Below, one piece after another: positions 1 to 7,288 of a DNA stretch of 25,128 nt. Source of the DNA: a virus (taxonomy: Duplodnaviria > Caudoviricetes); the IMG/VR virus record IMGVR_UViG_3300032330_000882, positions 1 through 25,128 of that record. One strand, 5' to 3'. The translations under genes were made by a program, and so were the position numbers. Positions within the stretch are counted from its first letter, which is position 1; each line of letters opens with the position of its first letter. Under the pieces are notes generated by a model. That model did not search any database. It saw only the letters and a program-made list of their open reading frames with translations, and was not told the origin of the DNA.

Positions 1-25
1 ATCTAACCCTAATTGAAAGGAAATC

Positions 26-1177
26 ATGTCTGATTTCATCAAGGGTCAGGCAGAAGTTCGCAACAACCTAGTTGCTCAGATGCGCGAAATTTTAGATTTT
101 GCAGAGGCTGAGAAGCGTGGACTAACTGCTGAAGACCTACAAAAGATTGACCGCATTGAGGCTGAAATTACTCAGCGCGATGCAGCGATTGCAACCGCAG
201 AGAAGGTAGCACAGCGTTCAGCTGAGGCTGCTCAGGCTGCTGCTTCATTCGTTCCAGAAGTTGCTAAGACTTCTACCGATGCTGATGTTCTACGCGCGAT
301 TGCTCGTGGCGAGGTTCGTGGACACGAGTTCAACCGCGAAGTTCGTGCTGCTCTAACTCCATCAAGCAACACTGTTCCTACCTCGTTCTACAACCAGGTA
401 TTCCAGATTGCTACCCTAGTTGGCCCAATGCTTCAGACTTCAGAAGTATTCAACACCGCATCAGGTGAGGCACTTGTTCTCCCAACCGTAACCGCAATCA
501 GCTCATCTGGATCAGTTGCTGCTGCTGGAACTGTTGCTGAATCAAACCCAACCTTCTCAAGCATTACCCTGAACGCTTACAAGTACGGAGCAATCGTAAA
601 TGTTGCTAACGAACTTGTTGCAGATGCCGGCTTCGACATCACTGGTTACATCGCTCAAGAACTTGGTACTTCACTAGGTGTACAGACCAACACTGTTCTA
701 ACCGGCAACCTAGTCAGCGCAGCTGGCTCAGTTGTAACTGGTGGAACTGGTGTATCTGGTGCTGCAACTTACGAGAACCTAATTGACCTCGTATACGGAA
801 TCGCTGACGGAGCGCGTTTGCTTCCATCACTCGGCTTCATGATGTCAAAGACCGGTATTGCTTCTGCTCGTAAGCTAAAGGATTCATCAGGTCGTTACAT
901 CTGGACTGATTCAGCAATTGCTGGACAGCCTGCACAGTTGCTTGGTTACTCGGTTTACGAGAACCCTGCTGTTCCTGCTGTTGCTACCGGTGCTAAGTCT
1001 GTTCTATTCGGTGACTTGAAGTCATTCAAGGCTCGCGTTGCTGGTGGTGTACAGGTTGCACAGTCATCTGACTTTGCGTTCAATACTGATGTCACTTCAT
1101 ACCGTGGACTAATCCGCGTTGATGGTGGACTAACCCACGCAACACATATCGGGTATTTTAAAGGCGGGGCGAGCTAA
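26..1177 (+). CDS. Major capsid protein, HK97 fold, with N-terminal coiled-coil scaffold (delta) domain
   Basis: 383 aa; helical EKRGLTAED N-terminus; HK97-type motifs (ITLNAYKYG, ELVADAGFDI, KLKDSSGRYIW, LLGYSV, FGDLK, RVDG); RBS GAAAGGA; strongly biased codon use. Confidence 0.95.
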   Translation: MSDFIKGQAEVRNNLVAQMREILDFAEAEKRGLTAEDLQKIDRIEAEITQRDAAIATAEKVAQRSAEAAQAAASFVPEVAKTSTDADVLRAIARGEVRGHEFNREVRAALTPSSNTVPTSFYNQVFQIATLVGPMLQTSEVFNTASGEALVLPTVTAISSSGSVAAAGTVAESNPTFSSITLNAYKYGAIVNVANELVADAGFDITGYIAQELGTSLGVQTNTVLTGNLVSAAGSVVTGGTGVSGAATYENLIDLVYGIADGARLLPSLGFMMSKTGIASARKLKDSSGRYIWTDSAIAGQPAQLLGYSVYENPAVPAVATGAKSVLFGDLKSFKARVAGGVQVAQSSDFAFNTDVTSYRGLIRVDGGLTHATHIGYFKGGAS

Positions 1178-1202
1178 AAACTCGTTTGTCTTTATAAAGA
1201 CC

Positions 1203-1247
1203 GGAAACTCCCTGAAGTGCGTAGGCTTCAGGGAGTTTCCCTTTTCT
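1203..1247 (+). terminator. Intrinsic terminator after capsid gene (15-bp perfect stem, loop TGCGTAGG); may also serve the convergent HNH gene
   Basis: GGAAACTCCCTGAAG (1203-1217) / CTTCAGGGAGTTTCC (1226-1240) followed by CTTTTCT. Confidence 0.85.
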
Positions 1248-1779
1248 TACGCCATTCCATAATGGTCAAGTCACGCTTTTGACTATTACAAGATTTACAA
1301 GCACTGACTAAATTGCCGATTGAATCACGGCCACCACGAGCCACGGCAATAACATGATCTACAGTTAGTCGCTCAGTTGCGCCACAGTAAAAGCAAGGTG
1401 TTTGGCTAAGTTTCAAAAGTTCTTTTTTAGTTATCTTGAAAATTCCGTTGGCTTTCCGTCTAGCATTTCTGCGCCTAGTATTAGCGGCAATTGCAAGGTG
1501 ATTTCTGCGTTTTGAAATTGCCATATATGCTGCATGGCGTTCAGGATTTTCGGCAATGCGTTTATTGGCATAGGCGATTCGCTTATCACGATTGCGATGG
1601 TAATTATCGGCTTGTTGAATGGCAATGTTTTTTGCTTGCCTAATTCGATAAGCAGCTCTGGCTATGCGCCGGCAGGGTTGGCATTGGCTGTAAAGGCCAT
1701 CAGTCGTTTTGGTGTGTTTGCCAAATTCTGTTCTTGGCAAAAGTTGCTTGCATTTTGAACAAGCCTTAGTATTGGACAA
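1228..1779 (-). CDS. Free-standing HNH endonuclease with N-terminal zinc finger
   Basis: CSKC..DGL..QCQPC N-terminal Zn finger; CFYCG..TVDHVIAVARGG..NLVSACKSCNSQK HNH domain; preferred start TTG 1779 (SD AGAAAGG 8 nt upstream), longest ORF starts at 1806. Confidence 0.92.
   Translation of the reverse strand: MSNTKACSKCKQLLPRTEFGKHTKTTDGLYSQCQPCRRIARAAYRIRQAKNIAIQQADNYHRNRDKRIAYANKRIAENPERHAAYMAISKRRNHLAIAANTRRRNARRKANGIFKITKKELLKLSQTPCFYCGATERLTVDHVIAVARGGRDSIGNLVSACKSCNSQKRDLTIMEWRKKRETP
1744..1772 (+). promoter_or_regulatory. Putative antisense promoter inside the HNH 5' end
   Basis: TTGCTT (1744-1749) - 17 nt - TAGTAT (1767-1772). Confidence 0.55.
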
Positions 1780-1840
1780 TCGAACTACCTTTCTTAGTTT
1801 GGTCATGCCCCTGGATGTTTCCGCATCGCAGGGGTTTCTC
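1779..1840 (+). ncRNA. Predicted cis-antisense RNA to the HNH leader and RBS
   Basis: Hairpin ATCGAACTA/TAGTTTGGT (G-U pairs only on this strand) with anti-SD loop CCTTTCT, then GC-rich hairpin 1807-1835 and TTCTC; promoter at the expected distance. Confidence 0.55.
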
Positions 1841-2449
1841 CTATCTTATAGCCTCGATTATGCGTGTCAGTAGCCTGTTCAGGTATTGGTGGCTCATGTC
1901 ACCGATGGCTAATACTTCATCGTGATCTAAACGGGTCGGGCTTATTCCTGCAGCTTGGTTTGTGACTAGCGATAAGCCAAGAACTTCCATGCCTAGTTCT
2001 TTAGCAGTAATGGCTTCTAGCGCTGTGGACATTCCCATTAGGTCTGCTCCGAAACTGCCAGCCATTCTTACTTCTGCCGGTGTTTCGTATTGTGGGCCAC
2101 GGAACTGGGCATAGATTTCTTCTGGTAGTGGCTCAATGTTTTGCACTATTTGGCGTAGGCGTTGGCTGTATGTGTCGCTCATGTCTACAAAGTTTTTGCC
2201 GGTTAGTGGGCTGTGGCCGGTGAGGTTTATGTGGTCGCTTATTAGGCAGACTTGACCTGGCTTGTGTCGTATTGATCCGGCGGCGTTTGTCAGGATTAGG
2301 GTTTCTACTCCAAAGTATTTGGCTTGGCGTATCGGGTCTGCTACGGCATCAATCCCTAAACCTTCATAAAGGTGTGTGCGTGGGATGATGCGTACATCAT
2401 CATTTTTGTATGTCCAGCCTGAGCCTAAAACTAACCCTATTTTCTTCAT
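1841..2449 (-). CDS. punA: Purine nucleoside phosphorylase (trimeric inosine/guanosine type), internally shortened
   Basis: Motifs LVLGSG, RTHLYEG, LTNAAG, ISDHINLTG, GPQYETPAEVRM, GADLMGMST, SLVTNQAAG, DHDEV; ATG 2449 lies 6 nt after TAGGCT (leaderless). Confidence 0.93.
   Translation of the reverse strand: MKKIGLVLGSGWTYKNDDVRIIPRTHLYEGLGIDAVADPIRQAKYFGVETLILTNAAGSIRHKPGQVCLISDHINLTGHSPLTGKNFVDMSDTYSQRLRQIVQNIEPLPEEIYAQFRGPQYETPAEVRMAGSFGADLMGMSTALEAITAKELGMEVLGLSLVTNQAAGISPTRLDHDEVLAIGDMSHQYLNRLLTRIIEAIR
1843..1848 (-). promoter_or_regulatory. Putative -10 box (TAAGAT) for the HNH gene, in the PNP 3' end
   Basis: TANNNT hexamer about 7 nt upstream of the structured HNH leader. Confidence 0.45.
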
Positions 2450-2510
2450 TGTCACAGCCTATAAAAGTGCGTGGTTTTTTAGTAGTCTTTTATTACTACG
2501 AGAGGTAAAA
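2450..2510. promoter_or_regulatory. Divergent promoter region between PNP and glycosyltransferase operon
   Basis: Minus-strand TAGGCT (2461-2456); plus-strand TAGTCT (2483-2488); RBS GAGAGG before ATG 2511. Confidence 0.55.
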
Positions 2511-3731
2511 ATGGGTAAATCTGGAAATCCGGCTAAGGCCAACGCTAAGAAACTTCAGGGCATTGTTTCTTGGTTTAGTAATTCTGCGACTGCTCCTACT
2601 GGCTACGGTATGCAGTCTGCTCAGGTTCTAAATCGGTTTATTCGTGATGGACTTGATGTTGCCGTGTTGTCGAACTATGGGCGTGAAGGTGTCAATGGAA
2701 CTTGGGCGAGTGATTATGGTGTTGTGCCTGAGTATGCTCGTGGTGCTGAACCTTATTCACAAGATGTGACACCGCTGAATCATCAGCATCATGTGGCCAG
2801 CGTAGAAAAGAAGAAGGGCAAGCTGCCTAATGTTCTGATTACGCTTTACGACACTTGGATTCTTCGTGGGGAAAAGTACAAGGAACTAAACATTGCTTCT
2901 TGGACACCGATTGACCACACTCCTGTTCCACCGCTAGTGCTTGACTGGTGTAAGCGTGAAAATGTAACTCCGATTGCTATGAGCCGTTTTGGTCAGGAGC
3001 AGTTGGCTAAGTATGGTGTGGAATCTGAGTATGTGCCGCACGCTGTCGAGCCGGTATTTCAGCCTACTTTTGTGGTGAATGGTATGGATGTTCGCGAGTA
3101 CATGGGCATCACTAAAGACAACTTCCTAGTGGGTATGAATTTTGCTAATAAGGCTTCTGGTGCGATTCACCGTAAGGCCATCGCTGAAGCGTTTTTGGCG
3201 TTCAGTATTTTCGCTAAAGACAAGCCGGAGGCTGTGCTGTATTTGCACACCGATATGTTTGGGGCTTTTGGTGGGTGGAAGTTAGACCACCTTTTGACCT
3301 CGTGTGGTTTGAAGAAAGAACAGGTGATTTTCTGTGATCAGGTTGCGTACCGTTACGGCTACTCGCAGGAAGAATTGGCGGCCTTTTATACGGCTATGGA
3401 TGTTTATTTGGGTGTTTCTTATGGGGAAGGCTTTGGGGTTGGCACTATCGAAGCACAAGCCTGTGGAACACCGGTAATTGTTTCTAACATTTGTGCATCA
3501 CCTGAACTTGTTGGCGATGGCTGGGTTGTTGAGTGTCAGCCGTTGTGGGATGAAGCTCAGAAGTCTTGGTTTAGTGTGCCTAGTATTCCGCAGATTGTGG
3601 CAGCTCTGGACGAGGCGTATAAGTTGCCGCGTGGTAAGTCTGAGCGTGCGATTGAGTTTGCTAAGGGCTATGGTGCTGAGGCTGTCTATCAGAAGTATTG
3701 GTTGCCTGTTTTAGCGAAAATTCTAAAGTGA
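2511..3731 (+). CDS. Glycosyltransferase, GT-B fold (GT4-like)
   Basis: PTGYG N-terminal motif; MDVYLGVSYGEGFGVGTIEAQACGTPVI (EX7E); start reassigned to ATG 2511 on RBS evidence. Confidence 0.93.
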   Translation: MGKSGNPAKANAKKLQGIVSWFSNSATAPTGYGMQSAQVLNRFIRDGLDVAVLSNYGREGVNGTWASDYGVVPEYARGAEPYSQDVTPLNHQHHVASVEKKKGKLPNVLITLYDTWILRGEKYKELNIASWTPIDHTPVPPLVLDWCKRENVTPIAMSRFGQEQLAKYGVESEYVPHAVEPVFQPTFVVNGMDVREYMGITKDNFLVGMNFANKASGAIHRKAIAEAFLAFSIFAKDKPEAVLYLHTDMFGAFGGWKLDHLLTSCGLKKEQVIFCDQVAYRYGYSQEELAAFYTAMDVYLGVSYGEGFGVGTIEAQACGTPVIVSNICASPELVGDGWVVECQPLWDEAQKSWFSVPSIPQIVAALDEAYKLPRGKSERAIEFAKGYGAEAVYQKYWLPVLAKILK

Positions 3732-4375
3732 TTCCGATTCTTGGCTTTTGTACTCTGAAACGGTTTGACCTTGCGGAACGGCTTCTACGATCTATTGATT
3801 ATCCTGTTGAGCATTTGGTTATTGTCAATAATTCTGGAACACGCACCTGGCAACCTGTAAAGCCTGACCTTGTAAAAAACTTGTGGCACATCGAAGTACC
3901 GTTTGGGCTTGGTCTTGTGGGTGCTTGGAATCTGATTGTGAAGTCCACGCCTTATGCACCGTATTGGGTGCTTGTGAATGATGATGCTTGGTTTGAACCT
4001 GAGCAGATGAAGAAGATACCTGAGCAGGTAGATACTCAGGCATTGAACTTTCTGGACATCGTGCCTCAATGGTCTGCCGTGGTTTTCGGTGAGGGCATGG
4101 TGGACAAGATTGGTCTTTATGACGAGAATTTTTATCCGCTGTATTTCGATGACAACGATTTGGAACGCAGGGTGGATTTGGCAGGTATAGACAAGAAATC
4201 TATACAATGCAAAATGGGTCACGACAACAGTTCTACGCTTCATAGCGGCTTCACTACGGTCAATGGTAGAAGTTACTCTGCCAATGGTGCGTTAGCCTCT
4301 CTACGAGCCTCACAAGGGCTTACAACAGCGTTTCCGTGGGAACTCAAAACTAGAAGGGCAAATAGATGGGATTAG
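3728..4375 (+). CDS. Glycosyltransferase, GT-A fold (GT2-like)
   Basis: LVIVNN, GLVGAWN, LVNDD, IGLYDENFYPLYFDDNDLERR; GTGA overlap with upstream gene. Confidence 0.88.
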   Translation: MIPILGFCTLKRFDLAERLLRSIDYPVEHLVIVNNSGTRTWQPVKPDLVKNLWHIEVPFGLGLVGAWNLIVKSTPYAPYWVLVNDDAWFEPEQMKKIPEQVDTQALNFLDIVPQWSAVVFGEGMVDKIGLYDENFYPLYFDDNDLERRVDLAGIDKKSIQCKMGHDNSSTLHSGFTTVNGRSYSANGALASLRASQGLTTAFPWELKTRRANRWD

Positions 4376-4782
4376 TTGTCTATACGGGTGGAACTTTCGA
4401 CCTGTATCACAGCGGTCACGCAGCTTTTCTTGAGCGTTGTGCAGAACTCGGCTCAGTCGTAGTCAGCCTGAACACCGATGAATACATTGAGTTGTATAAA
4501 GGCACTGCACCGGTCATGTCTTTTGCCGAGCGTAAAGCAGTTTTGGAATCTGTGCGTTGGGTGGATCAGGTTGTGCCTAACATTGGCGGTCACGATTCGA
4601 CACTGGCCATCGAACAAGTAAAACCTGACCTTGTTGTAATCGGTTCGGATTGGGCTAGGCGTAACTATTACGGGCAAATGTGTTTCGACCAAGACTGGCT
4701 TGACGAGCGTGGCATTGGTCTTGTGTATCTGCCTTATACTCAAGGGATTTCTTCCACGGAGATAAAGACCCGTCTGCGATAA
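4366..4782 (+). CDS. Cytidylyltransferase-family nucleotidyltransferase (TagD/RfaE-II-like)
   Basis: YTGGTFDLYHSGH (HxGH), ERKAVLESVRWVD, GSDW, YTQGISSTEIK. Confidence 0.92.
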   Translation: MGLVVYTGGTFDLYHSGHAAFLERCAELGSVVVSLNTDEYIELYKGTAPVMSFAERKAVLESVRWVDQVVPNIGGHDSTLAIEQVKPDLVVIGSDWARRNYYGQMCFDQDWLDERGIGLVYLPYTQGISSTEIKTRLR

Positions 4783-4809
4783 ACTGGAAACACCTATTTA
4801 GGAGTTTTT

Positions 4810-5418
4810 ATGGCAATCACTAACGGCTACTGCACACTTGCAGAAGTTAAGGCTTCGCTAAGAATTAGCGACAGCGTAGATGACACATTGCTGGAGTTGG
4901 CTGTGGAATCTGCAAGCCGTAGCATTGACGAGTTCGCAGCTCGTGTGTTCTACTCAATCGGCACAGCCGTCAAATACTTTGCCGCTGACACTGATGAGTA
5001 TGTTCGCATTGATGACCTACTGACCATCACTGAACTGAAGACTGATGACAACGGAGATAGCACTTACGGCCAAACCTGGTCTTCGACTGACTACCAGTTA
5101 GAACCGCTAAACAACTCGTATCCGGTAGATGGTGTGATTTCACCGGTCACTGCGATCCGTGCAAGAAACACCAAATACTTCCCAATTCTGAACGGTCAGG
5201 CTCTAGTCAAAGTCACCGGCACTTGGGGTTACAGTTCAGTACCTACCGCCATCAAACAGGCAACCGTCATTCAGGCAGCTCGTTACTTCAAACGCAACGA
5301 TTCACCTCTAGGTGTTTTGTCTGCACCTGACCTCGGCTACATTCGTGTCGGCTCACGCCTTGACCCTGATGTGGAAATGATGATTAGCGGTTACCGCCGA
5401 GTTGCTGGTGTTGCCTAA
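4810..5418 (+). CDS. Head-to-tail adaptor/connector protein
   Basis: YCTLAEVKASL..DDTLLE..ASRSID and WGYSSVPTAIKQA motifs; position; RBS AGGAG; upstream TAAACT at 4780-4785. Confidence 0.85.
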   Translation: MAITNGYCTLAEVKASLRISDSVDDTLLELAVESASRSIDEFAARVFYSIGTAVKYFAADTDEYVRIDDLLTITELKTDDNGDSTYGQTWSSTDYQLEPLNNSYPVDGVISPVTAIRARNTKYFPILNGQALVKVTGTWGYSSVPTAIKQATVIQAARYFKRNDSPLGVLSAPDLGYIRVGSRLDPDVEMMISGYRRVAGVA

Positions 5419-5825
5419 TGGCGAACATCACTGACCTCCGCACCGGCATAGCAACTAACTTAGCCACGATTACTGGGTTGCGTACTGGTGCGACTATTCC
5501 CGAAAATGTTTCCCCACCGTATGCGATTGTTGCACCGTCAGGTATTTCTTACCATCAGTCAATGCGTAACGGAATGAGTACCTACAACTTCACCGTTACT
5601 CTCGTAGTAGGTCGTGCCGATGCACGATCATCGCAGAACGCTCTTGATGCTTACTGTGGAAGCACTGGCTCTAGTAGTATTAGAAGTGCAATCGAATCTG
5701 ACCGCACACTAAGCGGAAAAGCATTTGATTGTGTGGTAACTGGCATGAGAAATTATGGCAGTATCTCTATCGGCGATAACACATACCTGGCAGCCGAATT
5801 TGATTTGACTGTTCAGGCTGATTAA
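5418..5825 (+). CDS. Tail terminator / neck protein
   Basis: Size and position between adaptor and tail tube; AIESDRTLSG motif; TAATG coupling. Confidence 0.7.
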   Translation: MANITDLRTGIATNLATITGLRTGATIPENVSPPYAIVAPSGISYHQSMRNGMSTYNFTVTLVVGRADARSSQNALDAYCGSTGSSSIRSAIESDRTLSGKAFDCVVTGMRNYGSISIGDNTYLAAEFDLTVQAD

Positions 5826-5839
5826 GTAAAGGAAATCAA

Positions 5840-6247
5840 ATGGCAAAATTTGTTGCTACTGATTACTCAATTACCCTGAACGGCACTGACCTAAGCTCAT
5901 CGCTTCAGTCTGTAAACCTCACCATTCAGAGTGATGAAGTAGAAACAACTACCTTCGGTGGCGGTTGGAAGACTATGGTTGGCGGATTGAAGTCTGGTTC
6001 AATCCAGTTGAACTTCTTCCAGGATTTCGCAGCTGGTTCTGTGGATGCCACACTCTGGCCACTCCTCAACACCATTGGTACTGTTGTAATCAAGCCAACT
6101 AGCACTGCTGTATCGGCAACAAACCCGTCATACACAGTTCTTGCGCTTGTGAGCCAACACCAACCATTCGCATCATCAGTGGGCGATGCAGCTACACTTT
6201 CAGTTACTTGGCCAACCTCTGGCACAGTAACTCGCGCTACTGCCTAA
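5840..6247 (+). CDS. Major tail (tube) protein
   Basis: 135 aa Thr/Ser-rich beta protein (EVETTTFG..GLK, NPSYT, SVTWP); strong RBS; precedes chaperone. Confidence 0.85.
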   Translation: MAKFVATDYSITLNGTDLSSSLQSVNLTIQSDEVETTTFGGGWKTMVGGLKSGSIQLNFFQDFAAGSVDATLWPLLNTIGTVVIKPTSTAVSATNPSYTVLALVSQHQPFASSVGDAATLSVTWPTSGTVTRATA

Positions 6248-6280
6248 TCAGTCAGTAGTACATAACTAAAAAGGAAACAA

Positions 6281-6535
6281 ATGAAACTGAACCTACGCGC
6301 AGAATTTCTTGATGGCCGTGTCATTGATCCAGTAGTGGTTCAAATGCCGGAAATGTTGAAGTTTGAAGAAAAGTTTTCTGTGAGTGTGACTGTTCTTGAG
6401 AAGGAACAGAAACTTACTTACATCGCGTTTCTTGCTTGGGCTGCTCTAACCCGTCTGAAGCAAACTGCTTTGTCTTACGAGGAATTTGTGGACACTGTTA
6501 GTTCTATCGGAGCGAGTGACGCAGACCCAAAATAA
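6281..6535 (+). CDS. Tail assembly chaperone (gpG-like)
   Basis: Follows tail tube; ends at slippery C CCA AAA TAA. Confidence 0.8.
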   Translation: MKLNLRAEFLDGRVIDPVVVQMPEMLKFEEKFSVSVTVLEKEQKLTYIAFLAWAALTRLKQTALSYEEFVDTVSSIGASDADPK

Positions 6536-6684
6536 AACCGCTGGGTGAGAGTTCGATGCATTGGATTCTTGCTCAGATGGCGGTTGAAACTGGTATTGCT
6601 CCTAGTGTGCTTGCTAATGAATCGCCAAGAATGTTGTGGACTATGTATCGGGTTCTTGTAGCTCGTAACAATCCACAGGAATAG
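6526..6684 (+). other. Programmed -1 frameshift site and 50-aa extension (gpGT-like)
   Basis: X XXY YYZ heptamer CCCAAAA 6526-6532; -1 frame open: IKPLGESSMHWILAQMAVETGIAPSVLANESPRMLWTMYRVLVARNNPQE, stop 6684 just before a terminator. Confidence 0.8.
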
Positions 6685-6685
6685 A

Positions 6686-6720
6686 AAAAGACCCTAGCCA
6701 ATCGGTTAGGGTCTTTTCTT
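6686..6720. terminator. Bidirectional intrinsic terminator
   Basis: AAAAGACCCTAGCC / GGTTAGGGTCTTTT with A and T tracts, between convergent genes. Confidence 0.85.
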
Positions 6721-6730
6721 TATCCGGCAA

Positions 6731-7138
6731 CTACTGGGGGCTGAGTTGCTGGAAGCCTGTTAGTCGGAAGTTTGGGTTTTGTAATACTGCACCACAGGCA
6801 AGGTCAAGCATCTGCTGGACTTCTTGTGCGCTGAACCGTGAGTGGGCAATGCAGTATTCAAATTCTTCTGTGCTGGTAATGGCGTTGTATGCCAAACGCA
6901 CGACTAGGCGTTGCCAATCTTCGTTGTCATGTGGAATGTGACCCTGCTCAATAATGACCAAAGCGGCTTCGTATTTGTATTCATCTGTTAGTTGATCTGC
7001 TAAGTCATGGTCGTATTTACCAATTTCATCCCAAATAACATATTCGCTGTTGCACCAGTTTTCACCGGCAAGCATTTTTTTAGCAGTGGCATTGACAGCA
7101 TCCTGGTAGGTGATGTCTAGTTCTTTGTAAATTCCCAT
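6731..7138 (-). CDS. Hypothetical acidic protein, reverse-strand insert in tail module
   Basis: 135-aa ORF, RBS GAAAAGGG, own promoter and terminator. Confidence 0.8.
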   Translation of the reverse strand: MGIYKELDITYQDAVNATAKKMLAGENWCNSEYVIWDEIGKYDHDLADQLTDEYKYEAALVIIEQGHIPHDNEDWQRLVVRLAYNAITSTEEFEYCIAHSRFSAQEVQQMLDLACGAVLQNPNFRLTGFQQLSPQ

Positions 7139-7182
7139 TAGTTTCCCTTTTCTAGTTGGTATACAAAATCTTGCGAGTTAAC

Positions 7183-7260
7183 TTATTTCTTTTTGCTTCT
7201 TTTAAGGTGCTTACGCTGGCGAGCCTTTGCCTTATGTGTAGGCCAAAAAACTTTGTTCAT
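7183..7260 (-). CDS. Possible 25-aa basic peptide MNKVFWPTHKAKARQRKHLKRSKKK
   Basis: First ATG ORF after the minus-strand promoter and leader hairpin; AGAAAG about 12 nt upstream (weak spacing). Confidence 0.35.
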   Translation of the reverse strand: MNKVFWPTHKAKARQRKHLKRSKKK

Positions 7261-7288
7261 TCTGGTAAATCACTTTCTACTGGTTATA

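Noticed and set aside
1228-1840. HNH plus structured RNA as an IscB/TnpB-type RNA-guided system
   Set aside because: No RuvC or PLMP motifs, the protein is under 200 aa, and the RNA is short and antisense to the gene's own leader
1178-1840. Group I intron or intein carrying the HNH
   Set aside because: Capsid ORF is complete, HNH is on the opposite strand, and no intron core is recognisable
1841-2449. PNP as a defence-system effector domain
   Set aside because: Stand-alone housekeeping-type motifs; no cyclase, NTPase or sensor genes nearby
2376-2510. N-terminal extension of the glycosyltransferase in the ORF track
   Set aside because: Overlaps PNP and the promoter region; the good RBS is at ATG 2511
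3785-4743. Minus-strand ORFs 3785..4243, 3825..4043, 4453..4743 and similar shadow ORFs elsewhere (e.g. 5926..6225, 15647..16045, 17218..17583)
   Set aside because: Antisense or out-of-frame to well-supported genes, without motifs or RBS
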